Positions 33,361 through 47,195 of a DNA stretch of 64,000 bases are shown in pieces. The stretch lies in the NCBI GenBank assembly GCA_902584015.1, contig CACHYG010000001.1, positions 18,263 through 82,262 on the forward strand, in the 5' to 3' direction. The stretch's first letter is position 1, and each line of letters starts with the position of its first letter. The notes under the pieces are model-generated. The model was not told where the DNA came from. It did not search any database and was given only the letters and a program-made list of their open reading frames with translations. This stretch comes from an uncultured Pelagibacteraceae bacterium (lineage in GTDB: Bacteria; Pseudomonadota; Alphaproteobacteria; Pelagibacterales; Pelagibacteraceae). A program made the translations under genes and the position numbers.

Positions 33361-33840
33361 ATGAAAATCGATTTTCAAAAACTGCCACTTAGAGATGGTG
33401 TAGGGATAGTAGTATTAAATTCAAAAAATAAAGTTTTTGTGGCAAAAAGAATCGATAATCCTAAAAATTTCTGGCAAATGCCTCAAGGAGGTAAAGATGA
33501 AAGTGAAAATTATTTTGAGGCAGCAATAAGAGAACTTCAAGAGGAAACAAGCATTAAAAATGTTACTTTAATAAAAGAAATAGATGATTTTATTACGTAC
33601 CTACTTCCAAATCATCTTTTAGGGATCATATGGAGAGGAAAATTTAAAGGTCAAAAACAAAAATGGTTTATAATGAAATTTAATGGATCAGACGATGAGA
33701 TTAATGTAAACACTCCTAAACCTGAGTTTCTAGAGTGGAAATGGGTAGAAATTGATCAATTAATTGATGTTGTGGTTGGCTTTAAAAGAGATGTTTACAA
33801 AAAAGTTACTATTGAGATAAAAAAAGTACTTACTAATTAG
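33361..33840 (+). CDS. rppH: RNA pyrophosphohydrolase (Nudix)
   Basis: WQMPQGG..E....AAIRELQEETS Nudix box, GQKQKWF, PEF..WKW. Confidence 0.93.
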   Translation: MKIDFQKLPLRDGVGIVVLNSKNKVFVAKRIDNPKNFWQMPQGGKDESENYFEAAIRELQEETSIKNVTLIKEIDDFITYLLPNHLLGIIWRGKFKGQKQKWFIMKFNGSDDEINVNTPKPEFLEWKWVEIDQLIDVVVGFKRDVYKKVTIEIKKVLTN

Positions 33841-34230
33841 AGGTTATAGATTTTAGTACATCGATTTTTTGAGATATTAAAAATCTATTTTGATCATCTA
33901 AATCTTCTTTGCTTAAAAGTTTTTCTGTATCACTTAATGACTGTGATAAATAACTTCTATCTATTTTGTCTACATTAAATATTGAACTTGTCAAAATTGA
34001 TAATATATTATCTTTAAACTCTATTATGCCATCTTCAACATAGTATTTATCTTCTCCATTCTTTGAAAAAACTTTTAGTATTCCTGGTTTTAGAAACGAA
34101 ATAATAGAAATATGATCTTTTAATATACCCATATCTCCTTCATAAGCAGGTACCAAAACCTCTGTAACATCTTCTTTGCTGAGAAATGATTTTTCAGGGT
34201 TAACTATTTCCAATTTAAATTCTTCACTCA

Positions 34231-34231
<1 letters not shown>
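33833..34231 (-). CDS. atpC: ATP synthase F1 epsilon subunit
   Basis: FKLEIVNPEK, EGDMGILKDH; last gene of atpHAGDC. Confidence 0.92.
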
Positions 34232-36524
<2,293 letters not shown>

Positions 36525-36526
36525 TT

Positions 36527-38059
36527 TTACTTGAATCCTTTTTTAAATTCGTTAATTAGATCAATCAGCATTTTTTCTGCATTTTCTTCTAATTTTCCTG
36601 AATTTGAAATTGAATCTAAAATTTCTGGTTTATCAGATTTGCATTTTTGCAGAATTTTATTTTCAAAATCAGATATATCTTTTTGCTCAATATCATCCAG
36701 ATATCCTCTAACACCGCAGAAAACAGAAACTACTTGTTCAGCAACTGTCATTGGTGAGAATTGTTTTTGTTTTAAAAGTTCTGTTAATTTTGATCCTCTG
36801 TTTAACAATTTTTGTGTTGATGCATCTAAATCAGAACCAAATTGTGCAAATGCAGCCATTTCTCTGTATTGTGCTAATTCCAACTTCATTGATCCAGAAA
36901 CTTTTTTCATTGCTTTTGTTTGAGCGGCTGATCCCACTCGTGAAACCGACAAACCTACGTTAATAGCTGGTCTTATACCTTGGTTAAATAAGTTTGTTTC
37001 TAGAAATATTTGTCCATCAGTAATAGATATTACGTTTGTTGGAATATAAGCAGAAACGTCTCCTGCTTGTGTTTCAATTATTGGTAATGCTGTTAAAGAT
37101 CCTCCCCCATGTTCATCTCCAAGTTTTGCAGCTCTTTCAAGTAATCTGCTGTGAAGATAAAATACATCTCCAGGGTAAGCTTCCCTTCCAGGAGGTCTTC
37201 TTAATAATAATGACATTTGTCTATAGGCAACTGCTTGTTTGGAAAGATCATCGTATATGATCAAAGCGTGCATGCCATTGTCTCTAAAAAACTCTCCCAT
37301 GGTACATCCTGTATATGGCGCTAAAAATTGTAAAGGTGCAGCGTCTGATGCTGTAGCTGCAACTATAGTTGTGTATTCCATAGCGCCAGCTTCTTCTAAA
37401 GTTTTTTGAATTTGTCTTACCGTTGATCTTTTTTGTCCAATTGCAACATATATACAATACAATTTTTGTTTTTCATCTCCACTTTCATTTATTTTTTTTT
37501 GATTTATTATTGTATCTACAGCAACCGCTGTTTTTCCTGTTTGTCTATCACCTATGATTAATTCTCTTTGTCCTCTTCCAATTGGAACTAAACTATCAAT
37601 TGCTTTTAAACCTGACTGCATTGGTTCACTTACAGATTTTCTTGGAATAATTCCTGGAGCTTTTACTTCAACTCTACTTTTTTTTACATTTTTATCTAAA
37701 GCACCTTTTCCATCAATCGGATTTCCCAAACCATCTACTACTCTACCTAGCAACTCTTTTCCAACAGGAGTGTCAACGATTTCTCCTGTTCTTTTTACTG
37801 TGTCACCTTCTTTAATTGCCTTATCATCTCCAAATATAACAACTCCAACGTTTTCACTTTCTAAATTTAAAGCCATGCCTTTAGATCCGTCTGCAAACTC
37901 TACCATTTCACCTGCTTGGACATTATCTAAACCATAAACTCTAGCGATACCATCTCCAACAGATAAAACCTGGCCAACTTCTGTAATTTCTGCTTTGTCT
38001 CCAAATTTTTTAATTTGCTCTTTTAATATTTTTGTAACTTCTGAAGGATTTATTTCCAT
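36527..38059 (-). CDS. atpA: ATP synthase F1 alpha subunit
   Basis: [31 protein letters not shown]. Confidence 0.99.
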   Translation of the reverse strand: MEINPSEVTKILKEQIKKFGDKAEITEVGQVLSVGDGIARVYGLDNVQAGEMVEFADGSKGMALNLESENVGVVIFGDDKAIKEGDTVKRTGEIVDTPVGKELLGRVVDGLGNPIDGKGALDKNVKKSRVEVKAPGIIPRKSVSEPMQSGLKAIDSLVPIGRGQRELIIGDRQTGKTAVAVDTIINQKKINESGDEKQKLYCIYVAIGQKRSTVRQIQKTLEEAGAMEYTTIVAATASDAAPLQFLAPYTGCTMGEFFRDNGMHALIIYDDLSKQAVAYRQMSLLLRRPPGREAYPGDVFYLHSRLLERAAKLGDEHGGGSLTALPIIETQAGDVSAYIPTNVISITDGQIFLETNLFNQGIRPAINVGLSVSRVGSAAQTKAMKKVSGSMKLELAQYREMAAFAQFGSDLDASTQKLLNRGSKLTELLKQKQFSPMTVAEQVVSVFCGVRGYLDDIEQKDISDFENKILQKCKSDKPEILDSISNSGKLEENAEKMLIDLINEFKKGFK

Positions 38060-38617
38060 TTATGCCTCAACCATTTGTTTTTCTATTTTTTGTAATTTAT
38101 TTTTAATCGATGTATCAATCATTGTACTACCAACTTGCAAAATTAATCCTCCAACTAAACTCTTGTCATTTTTATAAGTAAGTCTTATCTTTGAGTTAAA
38201 GGAGTTTGATAGATCATTTGTAATATTTTCTACATCACTTTCACTTAAATTTTTTGCTGAAATTAATTCTGCTTTTATTTCTCCTCTTTTCTTTGAACAA
38301 GTTTCAATAAATTCTCTTAAAATTTTATCAACATAGAAAAATCTTCTTTTATGAATAAGAAAAAATAGAAATTTTTTTAACAACTTATTCATATTAGTTT
38401 TTTCTGAAATAGAATTGATCAAATTTTCCAACTCATTCTTGCTTATTGTGGGACTTTTAATGCAAAACTTTAAATCTTCGCTTTTAGATATCAGATCAAC
38501 TATTGTTAATGCTTGTTTCTCTATTTCATTTACAGCGTTTGATTCATGAGCTAACTCATAAAGAGCCAGAGAATATCTGCTAAAAGTTACTTCAGAGAGA
38601 CTATTTTTTTTGCTCAA
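38060..38617 (-). CDS. atpH: ATP synthase F1 delta subunit
   Basis: RYSLALYELA, SLVGGLILQVGSTMIDTSIKNKL; likely TTG start at 38617 after AAAGGA (the ORF extends to 38668). Confidence 0.9.
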   Translation of the reverse strand: MSKKNSLSEVTFSRYSLALYELAHESNAVNEIEKQALTIVDLISKSEDLKFCIKSPTISKNELENLINSISEKTNMNKLLKKFLFFLIHKRRFFYVDKILREFIETCSKKRGEIKAELISAKNLSESDVENITNDLSNSFNSKIRLTYKNDKSLVGGLILQVGSTMIDTSIKNKLQKIEKQMVEA

Positions 38618-38722
38618 CTTAGATCCTTTATGAATTGATGAATTTAAAATTCGAAAATTAAGTAACATATGAGACTATTGTCTTCAAGTACCTCATTGTC
38701 AAAATAGGTTAAATTTTGCTTA

Positions 38723-40678
38723 TTAATTGAAGTTTATTGGGTCGACATCAACCGTCAGTTTTATTCCATTTAAAAATTTGAAATTTGAGATCAAAGTTGC
38801 CAATTTTTTTTGAATATTTAAAGATTTTTTTGATCTAATTAATAGTCTTACTCTAAACTTTTTTCTGATACGAAATATTGGCGAATTTACTGGTCCTAAT
38901 ACTTTACCATCTAAAATTTTTTCAATGTAAATTTTAAATCTCTTAGCTTCTTGCTCGGTTTTTTTTTCGTTTGAACCGGTAACTATCAAAGAAATAAATC
39001 TTTGAAAAGGTGGTAATCCATTTATTTTTCTCAACTCCAGCTCTTTTTCTAAAAAAATTTCTGGGTTTTCATTTGTAATATCCAAAATCATATTTTTGTT
39101 TAAATTATAAGTTTGAAAATATACCATTGCAGGTTTTCCTGCTCTGCCTGCTCTGCCTGAAAGTTGATGATAAAGTTGTAAATTTTTTTCGGTACCTCTT
39201 AAATCATGTCCTTGGGAGCTAAGATCGATATCTACGACGACAATACAATTTAAATGTGGGAAATGAAAACCTTTAGAAATTAATTGTGTTCCTATCAAAA
39301 TTTGAATTTTATTATCGACTATTTTTTTTAATATATCCTTAGAATTTTTTTTATTCATTGTGTCGCTGGAAAAAATTAATTGATTTTGTGAAGGAAATTT
39401 TTTTTTAACTTCCTCAGCAATCCTCTCAACCCCAGGACCATAAAAAACTAAATCACATTTTTTATTATCCTTACATTCCAAATTAATTTGTGATTTGAAT
39501 CCACAATAATGACATAACAAAATTTCTTTTATTTTATGGTAAACGAGATTAATTGAGCAATTTGGGCAAGCAAATATTTTTAAGCATTTTTTACAAAAAA
39601 CGTTTGGTGCAAAACCTCTACGATTTACAAAAAATAATACCTGATCATTAATTGACAAATGATATTTTACTTTTTCAATTATCTCTTTAGATAACCAGCA
39701 ATTAGGTTCTAACTTTGTTTTGTTTAAATTAACAATTTCATAATTTGGTAAAGAAGCTTTTTCAAATCTTTCTGATATTTTAGAAACAGAAAATTTTCCT
39801 TTTTTTATGTTATTAAAAGTTTCTAACGAGGGAATAGATGTAACTAAATTAATTGGAAAATTTTCAAAGAAAGCTCTTGATATGGCCATATCTCTTGCAT
39901 TGTAAATTACTCCTTCATCTTGCTTGAATGACTGATCATGCTCTTCATCAACAATAATAAGTCCTAAATCACTAAAAGGAAGAAATAAAGAGGACCTTGC
40001 TCCAATTACTATTTTTATTTTATTATTTACAACTCCGTTCCAAATAATTTTTCTATTCTTTTGGCTTATTCCAGAATGCCATATCGCAGGATAAAAACCA
40101 AAAAACTCCGTAAATTTTTTTTCAAATTGTGATATTAATCCTATTTCTGGAAGTAAAATTAAACACTGTCTAGACTTGTCGAGAATTTTTTTTATCGCAT
40201 GGAAATAAACAATAGTTTTGCCTGACCCAGTAACTCCTTGGACAACGTGAACCCTAAAATCATTACTTTTTTTTTCTATTTTTTTTAAACTTTCTTTCTG
40301 TGTTTTGGTTAAATTAAATATTTTTTTTTTTAAATTTATAGAATAATTTTGTAGTTCATTTTTTGGAAATTCCTCTAAATTACTATTATTTAATAAAGTT
40401 AATTTTAAGGCCATACCTTTAGGAATAATATTATATTCCGCAAACCAATTTATAAAGTTGACCATTTTTTTATTAAGATTTGGTATCTTAAGCTTTTTGA
40501 TAATTTTTTTTGTTTGAAATTTTTTTTCTGTATTCTTTTCAAATTCATCCCACACAACTCCAACTGTTTTTGTTTTTCCGAATGGCACCTCTACATAATC
40601 TCCTAATCTTAATTTTAAATTAGTTTCGTAGGTGAAAGGATGATTAAATATTTTTGGTAAAAGAATCGGAACTTTCAT
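38723..40678 (-). CDS. priA: Primosomal helicase PriA
   Basis: GVTGSGKT, VDEEHD, NRRGFA, Cys-rich region, KGFHFP, GRAGR, VDVDP. Confidence 0.95.
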   Translation of the reverse strand: MKVPILLPKIFNHPFTYETNLKLRLGDYVEVPFGKTKTVGVVWDEFEKNTEKKFQTKKIIKKLKIPNLNKKMVNFINWFAEYNIIPKGMALKLTLLNNSNLEEFPKNELQNYSINLKKKIFNLTKTQKESLKKIEKKSNDFRVHVVQGVTGSGKTIVYFHAIKKILDKSRQCLILLPEIGLISQFEKKFTEFFGFYPAIWHSGISQKNRKIIWNGVVNNKIKIVIGARSSLFLPFSDLGLIIVDEEHDQSFKQDEGVIYNARDMAISRAFFENFPINLVTSIPSLETFNNIKKGKFSVSKISERFEKASLPNYEIVNLNKTKLEPNCWLSKEIIEKVKYHLSINDQVLFFVNRRGFAPNVFCKKCLKIFACPNCSINLVYHKIKEILLCHYCGFKSQINLECKDNKKCDLVFYGPGVERIAEEVKKKFPSQNQLIFSSDTMNKKNSKDILKKIVDNKIQILIGTQLISKGFHFPHLNCIVVVDIDLSSQGHDLRGTEKNLQLYHQLSGRAGRAGKPAMVYFQTYNLNKNMILDITNENPEIFLEKELELRKINGLPPFQRFISLIVTGSNEKKTEQEAKRFKIYIEKILDGKVLGPVNSPIFRIRKKFRVRLLIRSKKSLNIQKKLATLISNFKFLNGIKLTVDVDPINFN

Positions 40679-40699
40679 TGATTTATATTATGTTTTTTT

Positions 40700-42101
40700 T
40701 TAAGAGTGTATTGCTCTTTTTTCTACAGATAAAGCTGCTTCTTTAATTGCTTCTGAAAAAGTGGGATGGGCATGGCAAGTCCTAGCAATATCTTCTGAAC
40801 TTGCACCAAATTCCATAGCAACAGCCATTTCTGCAATCATTTCTCCAACGTGCGATCCAATCATGTGAACACCTAATACCTTGTCAGTCTTTTCATCTGC
40901 TAATATTTTAACAAAACCTTCTGCATTATTAACAGTTTTAGCTCTTGAATTAGCCATAAAAGGAAATTTGCCGACTTTGTATTTTATATTACCTTCTTTT
41001 AATTGCTCTTCAGTTTTTCCGATAACAGCAACTTCAGGAGATGTGTAAATTACCCCAGGAATTAAGTCATAATTTACATGGCCCGATTGACCCGCTATCA
41101 ATTCTGCAACCGCTATACCTTCTTCTTCAGCCTTGTGTGCTAACATTGGACCTGAGATCACATCACCTATTGCAAAAATATTTTTTGTGCTAGTTCTAAA
41201 TTCTTTATTTACTTTAATTCTTTTTTTATTATCTAAGCTCACGCCAATTTTTTCTAAATTAAGATTTTTCGTATTTGCTTTTCTACCAACAGAAATCAAA
41301 ACAGCATCTGCAATTAATTCACTATTTTTGCCAGTTTTATCTTGTATTGAAACTTTTGCAGAATTTTTTTCATTTTTAATGTTTTGTACTTTTGTCTCAA
41401 GATGAAAAATAATTCCTTGCTTTTTCAGAATTTTTAAAAACTCTGAGGAGATTTCTTTATCCATTCCTGGTGTAATATAGTTTAATGCTTCGACTACATG
41501 TACTTCCGAACCCAGTCTCGACCATACAGATCCCATTTCAAGACCAATATATCCACCTCCTACTATAACCATTTTTTTTTGGTACACTTTTAAGATCAAG
41601 AGCACCAGATGAAGATAGAATAATTTTTTCATCAAACTTAATTCCTGGCAACTCAACTGGTATTGAACCTGTAGAAATAATTATATTATCTGTATTTAAA
41701 GAAATTTTTTTATTATCTTTTGTTGTTACTAAAACTTCGTTTGCAGATGCAATAGAGCCAGTTCCATTGAAATGAGAGACTTTATTTTTTTTGAACAAAA
41801 ATTCGACTCCTTTTGTAAGAATGGAGACTGATTTTTCCTTATTTTTCATCATCTTTTCTAAATTTAATTTAACCTCACCTACTTCGATTCCTAGATTTTG
41901 TAATTTTTTTGCTTTTTGAAAATTTTCTGACAGGTTCAGTAAACTTTTTGAGGGTATACATCCTACATTAAGACAAGTGCCACCAAGTGTATTTCGTGCC
42001 TCTACACATGCCGTTTTAAAACCTAATTGGGATAATCTTATTGCGCACACATAACCACCAGGGCCACCTCCAATTACTACTGCTTGAAATTTTTCAGCCA
42101 T
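40700..42101 (-). CDS. lpdA: Dihydrolipoamide dehydrogenase (apparent single-base insertion frameshift at 41572-41580)
   Basis: GGGPGGY and GGTCLNVGCIPSK lie in ORF 41538-42101; VIVGGGYIGLE and HAHPTFSE lie in ORF 40700-41656. Removing one A from the A9 run gives VPKKMVIVGGG. Confidence 0.95.
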
Positions 42102-43409
42102 TAAATTTCTAAAAATAATTTTTCTGGATTCTCTAATTTTTCTTTTATCAATTTTAAAAATGATACAGAGTCTTTGCCATCGATTATTCTGTGATCATAT
42201 GATAGCGCTAAATACATGACAGGTCTAACTTTAATTCCGCCATCAACTACAACAGGCCTATCAACAATATTATGCATGCCTAGAACTCCTGATTGGGGTA
42301 AGTTTAGAATTGGCGTAGAAAGCATTGAGCCGTAAACACCACCATTGCTTATAGTAAATGTACCACCTTGAAGATCCTCTATAGTTAGCTTACCGTCTCT
42401 AGCTTTTTCAGAGATTGTTTTAATTTCGTTCTCAATTTGAGCAAAAGACATTTCATCTGCATTTTTTAAAACAGGAACCACTAATCCTTTATCTGTAGCA
42501 ACTGCGAAACTTATATTATAGTAATTTTTATAGACTATTTCTTCTCCGTCTATTTCAGCGTTAACAGCTGGAAATAATTTTAGAGCTTCAATGCTTGCTT
42601 TTACAAAAAAAAGACATAAATCCAAGCTTAACTCCGTATTTTTTTAAAAAATCATCCTGATAATCTTTTCTCATTTTAATAACATTTGACATATCAACTT
42701 CATTAAATGTGGTTAAAAGGGCAGCATTTTCTTGTGCTTGTTTTAGTCTTTTTGCGATTGTCTGTCTCAATCTGCTCATTTTAATTCTTTCTTCTTGTCC
42801 AAATTTAATTTTTCTTTCTGAGGGTTTTGGAGATTTCGACATTAAATTTATTAAATCGCCTTTTAGAACTTGGCCATCTTTTCCCGATCCTTGTATTGAT
42901 TTTAAATCTATCTTGTTTTCAGCAACAATTTTTCTTACTGACGGAGAAAGTGTATTTGACAAATTATTTTTTCTAGAACCATTTGTAGGTATTTCCTCTG
43001 TAAGAACCAAAGGATCTTCTTCTAAAGATGTTTCATCCTCTACTTCTTCCTCTAATTCTAAAGGTTTGACTTCCTCTACAATCTTTTCAACTTTTTTCTC
43101 TGGTGGGTCTTTTACCTGCTCAATTTTAGCATCTGGTTCTATCTTTTTTATTTCTTGAACAGTCTCATTACCATTAGCTTGGATTGACCCCAAGACGGCT
43201 CCAACTTCTACTACTTCACCATCTTTATGTTTGATGTCACCAATTGTTCCGCTTACAGGAGATGGTACCTCTAAATTTACCTTGTCAGTTTCTAATTCTA
43301 CTATAGGTTCATCAACTTCTACAGTATCACCAACACTCTTTAGCCACTTGGCTATTGTTGCTTCTGTAACACTTTCACCTAAAGCGGGTACTACAATTTT
43401 TTCATTCAT
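42101..43409 (-). CDS. sucB: 2-oxoglutarate dehydrogenase E2 succinyltransferase (apparent single-base insertion frameshift at 42605-42612)
   Basis: Lipoyl ETDKV and LTTFNEVDM lie in the upstream ORF; [10 protein letters not shown] and SYDHRIIDG lie in the downstream ORF. Removing one T from the T8 run gives [15 protein letters not shown]. Confidence 0.95.
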
Positions 43410-46283
43410 TTAATTAAACACTTTTTCCAAAATTTCTTTTTGTTGAGCAACATGTCTTTTAGCGTATCCAGTCGCTGGAGAGGCAGCTGGAGCTCTTCCA
43501 ATATAAGAAACATTTTTATTATTAGCTTTAATAAAGTCCAATGTCCATTGTATATAATCTCTCACATGCGACCATGCCCCCATATTTTTTGGTTCTTCTT
43601 GGCACCATATAAATTCAGCATTTTTAGCATATGGTTTAATAGATTTTACTAATGATTTAGCTGGAAAAGGATAAAGCTGTTCAATTCTCAGTAAAACGAC
43701 GTCTCTTCTTTTGTATTTTTCTCTTGCCTCTAGTAGATCAAAATATATTTTTCCTGAGCATAAAATTACCTTGTTAATATTTTTTGATTTTTCTAATTCT
43801 AAAAAACCATTTTTCTTCTCAAAAGCGTGGTCTACTAAAATTCTGTGAAATGAGTTTTTCTTACTAAAATCATCTAAATTTGAAACACAAATTTTATGTC
43901 TTAGTAATGATTTAGGTGTCATGATGACGAGTGGTTTTCTAAAATCTCTGTGTATTTGTCTTCTTAGTGCGTGAAAGTAATTTGCTGGAGTTGTACAATT
44001 CATAACTTGGAGATTTTCCTGACCACATAATTGTAGAAATCTTTCTAATCTAGCTGATGAATGTTCTGGACCCTGTCCCTCATATCCGTGTGGTAAAAGC
44101 AAAACTAGCCCAGATGCACGTGACCATTTCCTTTCTCCTGATGATATGAATTGATCAATAATAACTTGAGCTCCATTTGCAAAATCGCCAAATTGTGCCT
44201 CCCACATCGTTAAGGTTTCAGGTTCGACTAAACTGTACCCATACTCAAAACCTAAAACTGCTAATTCAGATAGTAGACTATCTACTACCTCAAAATTTTT
44301 TTGCTTTTTGGAAATATTGTTTAAAGGAATAAATCTTGTATTGTCCTCTTGATTTCTTAAAACTGAATGTCTTTGGCTGAAAGTACCTCTACCTGAATCT
44401 TGTCCAACTAGTCTAACAGGATAACCTTCGTCTAAAAGCGTTGCAAAAGCTAAACTTTCAGCACTTGCCCAATCAATGTTTTTTTTATCCAATATACATT
44501 TGTGTCTATTGGTTAATATTTTTTGAATTGTTTTATGTATATTTATTTTTTCACTAACTTTATTTATTTTTTCTGAAATCTTAATTATTTTATCTATATC
44601 AACTCCAGTCGCTCCTATTCTATCTTTGCCTTTTTTTGGTTGATACCTCGACCAAGTACCCTCGAACCAATCTAGTTTTGGTTTAATATCTTTTGCTGTT
44701 TTAAATTGTTCATCTAATAGAGATCTAAAAGATATAATTTGATTTTCAAAATCACTTTTACTTATGGTTTTTTCTTTTATTAATTTTTCACCATATATTT
44801 TTAATGTTGATGGATGTGACCTGATTTTTTTGTACATTAATGGTTGAGTGAAAGAAGGTTCATCTCCTTCATTATGACCAAATCTTCTATAACATATCAT
44901 GTCTATCACTACGTCTTTGCTAAATTTTTGCCTAAACTCTATTGCAATTTTAGCACAGTGCACAACAGCCTCTGGATCATCTCCATTACAGTGTAAAATG
45001 GGTGCGTCTACTATTTTTCCTAAATCAGATGGGTAAGGACTAGAACGTGCAAATCTAGGACTAGTCGTAAAACCAATTTGATTATTAACTATAATATGTA
45101 TCGTGCCACCTGTGTTATGTCCCTTTAGTCCAGACATGGCAAAACATTCTGCAACTATACCTTGTCCTGCAAAAGCAGCATCACCATGAATTAGAATTGG
45201 AATAACCTTTTTTCTTTTTAAGTCTTTATGAAAAAATTGTTTGGCTCTAGTCTGTCCTAACACGATAGGGTTAACAGCCTCTAAATGTGAAGGATTATCA
45301 GTTAAACTTACGTGAACAGAATTTCCATCAAACTCTCTGTCTGAAGAAGCACCTAAATGATACTTCACATCTCCAGTTGAATCTTCTTTTCTAAGATTGG
45401 AAATTTCTCCAGCGAATTCATTAAATATCCGTTTGTAGGATTTTTGTAAGACATTTGCCAGTACGTTCAATCTTCCTCTATGGGGCATTCCTATTTTGAT
45501 TTCTTTTACACCTAATTGACCACCTCTTTTAATTATTTGCTCTAAAGCAGGTATTAAGGATTCTGCACCATCAAGACCAAATCTTTTTGTCCCTACATAT
45601 TTTTTTGCTAGAAATTTTTCAAAACCTTCTGCTTGAACTATTTTATTAAAAATTGCCTTTTTTCCATTACTTGTGAAGTTAATTTGATTTTCCTCTATTT
45701 CCATTCTCTCTCTAAACCAAATTTTTTCTACAGGATCTGAAATATGCATATATTCCACTCCTATATTTGAGCAATATACTTTTCTTAATTTTTGTAAAAT
45801 TTCATTTATGGATGCAGAGGTACTATTGAGATAGGATCCTATAAAAATTTTTTTACCATAATCTTCTTTTTTGAAACCATGATCTTCGGGATGAAGCTCA
45901 TGGATATAATTTCTTTCCATCATTCCTAATGGGTCAAGGTTAGCTATCAAATGGCCTCTAATTCTATATGCTCTAATAAGTGCGATCGCTTTAATTGATT
46001 GTGTTATTGAGCTTTGCGAAGTTGAAATATTTTGATTTTGTCTAGCTAATTCGTTAGTTATTTTATCTATATTAACTTTTTTTCTTTGAGCCCAAGAAGG
46101 TCCCTCTACTTCTTTGATTATTGACTCAATATCATCGTTTAGATCTTTAAAATATTCTCTCCAACTTTTAGGTAAATTTGGATCTTTTTCAATATACTTG
46201 ATGTACATTTCTTCAATAAAAGCACTATTTGATTTATTTAAAAAAGATGTTTTTTTAAATTCAATATTTTTACTAGAGGTCAT
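43410..46283 (-). CDS. sucA: 2-oxoglutarate dehydrogenase E1
   Basis: KRFGLDG, GMPHRGRLN, HGDAAFAGQG, YRRFGHNE, WEAQFGDFAN, GPEHSSARLER. Confidence 0.98.
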   Translation of the reverse strand: MTSSKNIEFKKTSFLNKSNSAFIEEMYIKYIEKDPNLPKSWREYFKDLNDDIESIIKEVEGPSWAQRKKVNIDKITNELARQNQNISTSQSSITQSIKAIALIRAYRIRGHLIANLDPLGMMERNYIHELHPEDHGFKKEDYGKKIFIGSYLNSTSASINEILQKLRKVYCSNIGVEYMHISDPVEKIWFRERMEIEENQINFTSNGKKAIFNKIVQAEGFEKFLAKKYVGTKRFGLDGAESLIPALEQIIKRGGQLGVKEIKIGMPHRGRLNVLANVLQKSYKRIFNEFAGEISNLRKEDSTGDVKYHLGASSDREFDGNSVHVSLTDNPSHLEAVNPIVLGQTRAKQFFHKDLKRKKVIPILIHGDAAFAGQGIVAECFAMSGLKGHNTGGTIHIIVNNQIGFTTSPRFARSSPYPSDLGKIVDAPILHCNGDDPEAVVHCAKIAIEFRQKFSKDVVIDMICYRRFGHNEGDEPSFTQPLMYKKIRSHPSTLKIYGEKLIKEKTISKSDFENQIISFRSLLDEQFKTAKDIKPKLDWFEGTWSRYQPKKGKDRIGATGVDIDKIIKISEKINKVSEKINIHKTIQKILTNRHKCILDKKNIDWASAESLAFATLLDEGYPVRLVGQDSGRGTFSQRHSVLRNQEDNTRFIPLNNISKKQKNFEVVDSLLSELAVLGFEYGYSLVEPETLTMWEAQFGDFANGAQVIIDQFISSGERKWSRASGLVLLLPHGYEGQGPEHSSARLERFLQLCGQENLQVMNCTTPANYFHALRRQIHRDFRKPLVIMTPKSLLRHKICVSNLDDFSKKNSFHRILVDHAFEKKNGFLELEKSKNINKVILCSGKIYFDLLEAREKYKRRDVVLLRIEQLYPFPAKSLVKSIKPYAKNAEFIWCQEEPKNMGAWSHVRDYIQWTLDFIKANNKNVSYIGRAPAASPATGYAKRHVAQQKEILEKVFN

Positions 46284-46318
46284 TATTATTATCTTATTAT
46301 AATGTTTAACTATAGATT

Positions 46319-47194
46319 TTAAAGTGACAATTTATTAATTAAGGTTTTTCCAATATCTGCGGGCGACTCTGTAATTGTAATACCTGCTTTTTGCAAAATT
46401 TTTATCTTTTCTTTGGCTCCACCTTTCCCACCAGAAATAATAGCTCCGGCATGTCCCATTCTTTTACCTTTGGGTGCTGTGAGACCGGCAATAAAACCAA
46501 CCATTGGTTTTTTTATTTCATGTTTAGAGATAAATTCAGCTGCCTCTTCCTCAGCACTTCCACCAATTTCACCAATCATAACAATCGATTTTGTACTTTC
46601 GTCTTTCAAAAATAAATCCAAGCAATCTATGAAATTTGTCCCATTAATTGGGTCTCCTCCAATACCGATGCATGTTGATTGACCTAGTCCATTAGCTGTT
46701 GTTTGTGCAACAGCCTCGTATGTTAGTGTTCCAGATCTTGAGACTATTCCAACTGATCCTTTTTTATGGATATTTCCAGGCATGATTCCAATTTTACATT
46801 CATCGGGTGTAATTATGCCAGGACAGTTAGGTCCAATTAATCTTGAATTGGATTTAGATAAAGATTTTTTTACCTTCAACATATCAATAATTGGTATTCC
46901 CTCAGTAACACAAACTATAATTTCAATTGATGCCTCTATTGCTTCAATGATCGCATTTGCTGCGAACTTTGCTGGAACATAAATCATAGTGGCATTTGCA
47001 CCAGTCTTTTCTTTAGCTTCCTTTACTGTATCAAATACTGGTTTACCAAGATGTGTTTGGCCTCCCTTTCTGGGTGTCACTCCTCCGACTAAATTAGTAC
47101 CATACAAAATTGACTGTTCAGAATGAAATGTTCCATGAGAACCAGTGAAACCTTGACAAATAAGTTTCGTATTTTTATTCACTAATATTGACAT
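46319..47194 (-). CDS. sucD: Succinyl-CoA synthetase alpha subunit
   Basis: [22 protein letters not shown] (phospho-His). Confidence 0.97.
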   Translation of the reverse strand: MSILVNKNTKLICQGFTGSHGTFHSEQSILYGTNLVGGVTPRKGGQTHLGKPVFDTVKEAKEKTGANATMIYVPAKFAANAIIEAIEASIEIIVCVTEGIPIIDMLKVKKSLSKSNSRLIGPNCPGIITPDECKIGIMPGNIHKKGSVGIVSRSGTLTYEAVAQTTANGLGQSTCIGIGGDPINGTNFIDCLDLFLKDESTKSIVMIGEIGGSAEEEAAEFISKHEIKKPMVGFIAGLTAPKGKRMGHAGAIISGGKGGAKEKIKILQKAGITITESPADIGKTLINKLSL

Positions 47195-47195
47195 A

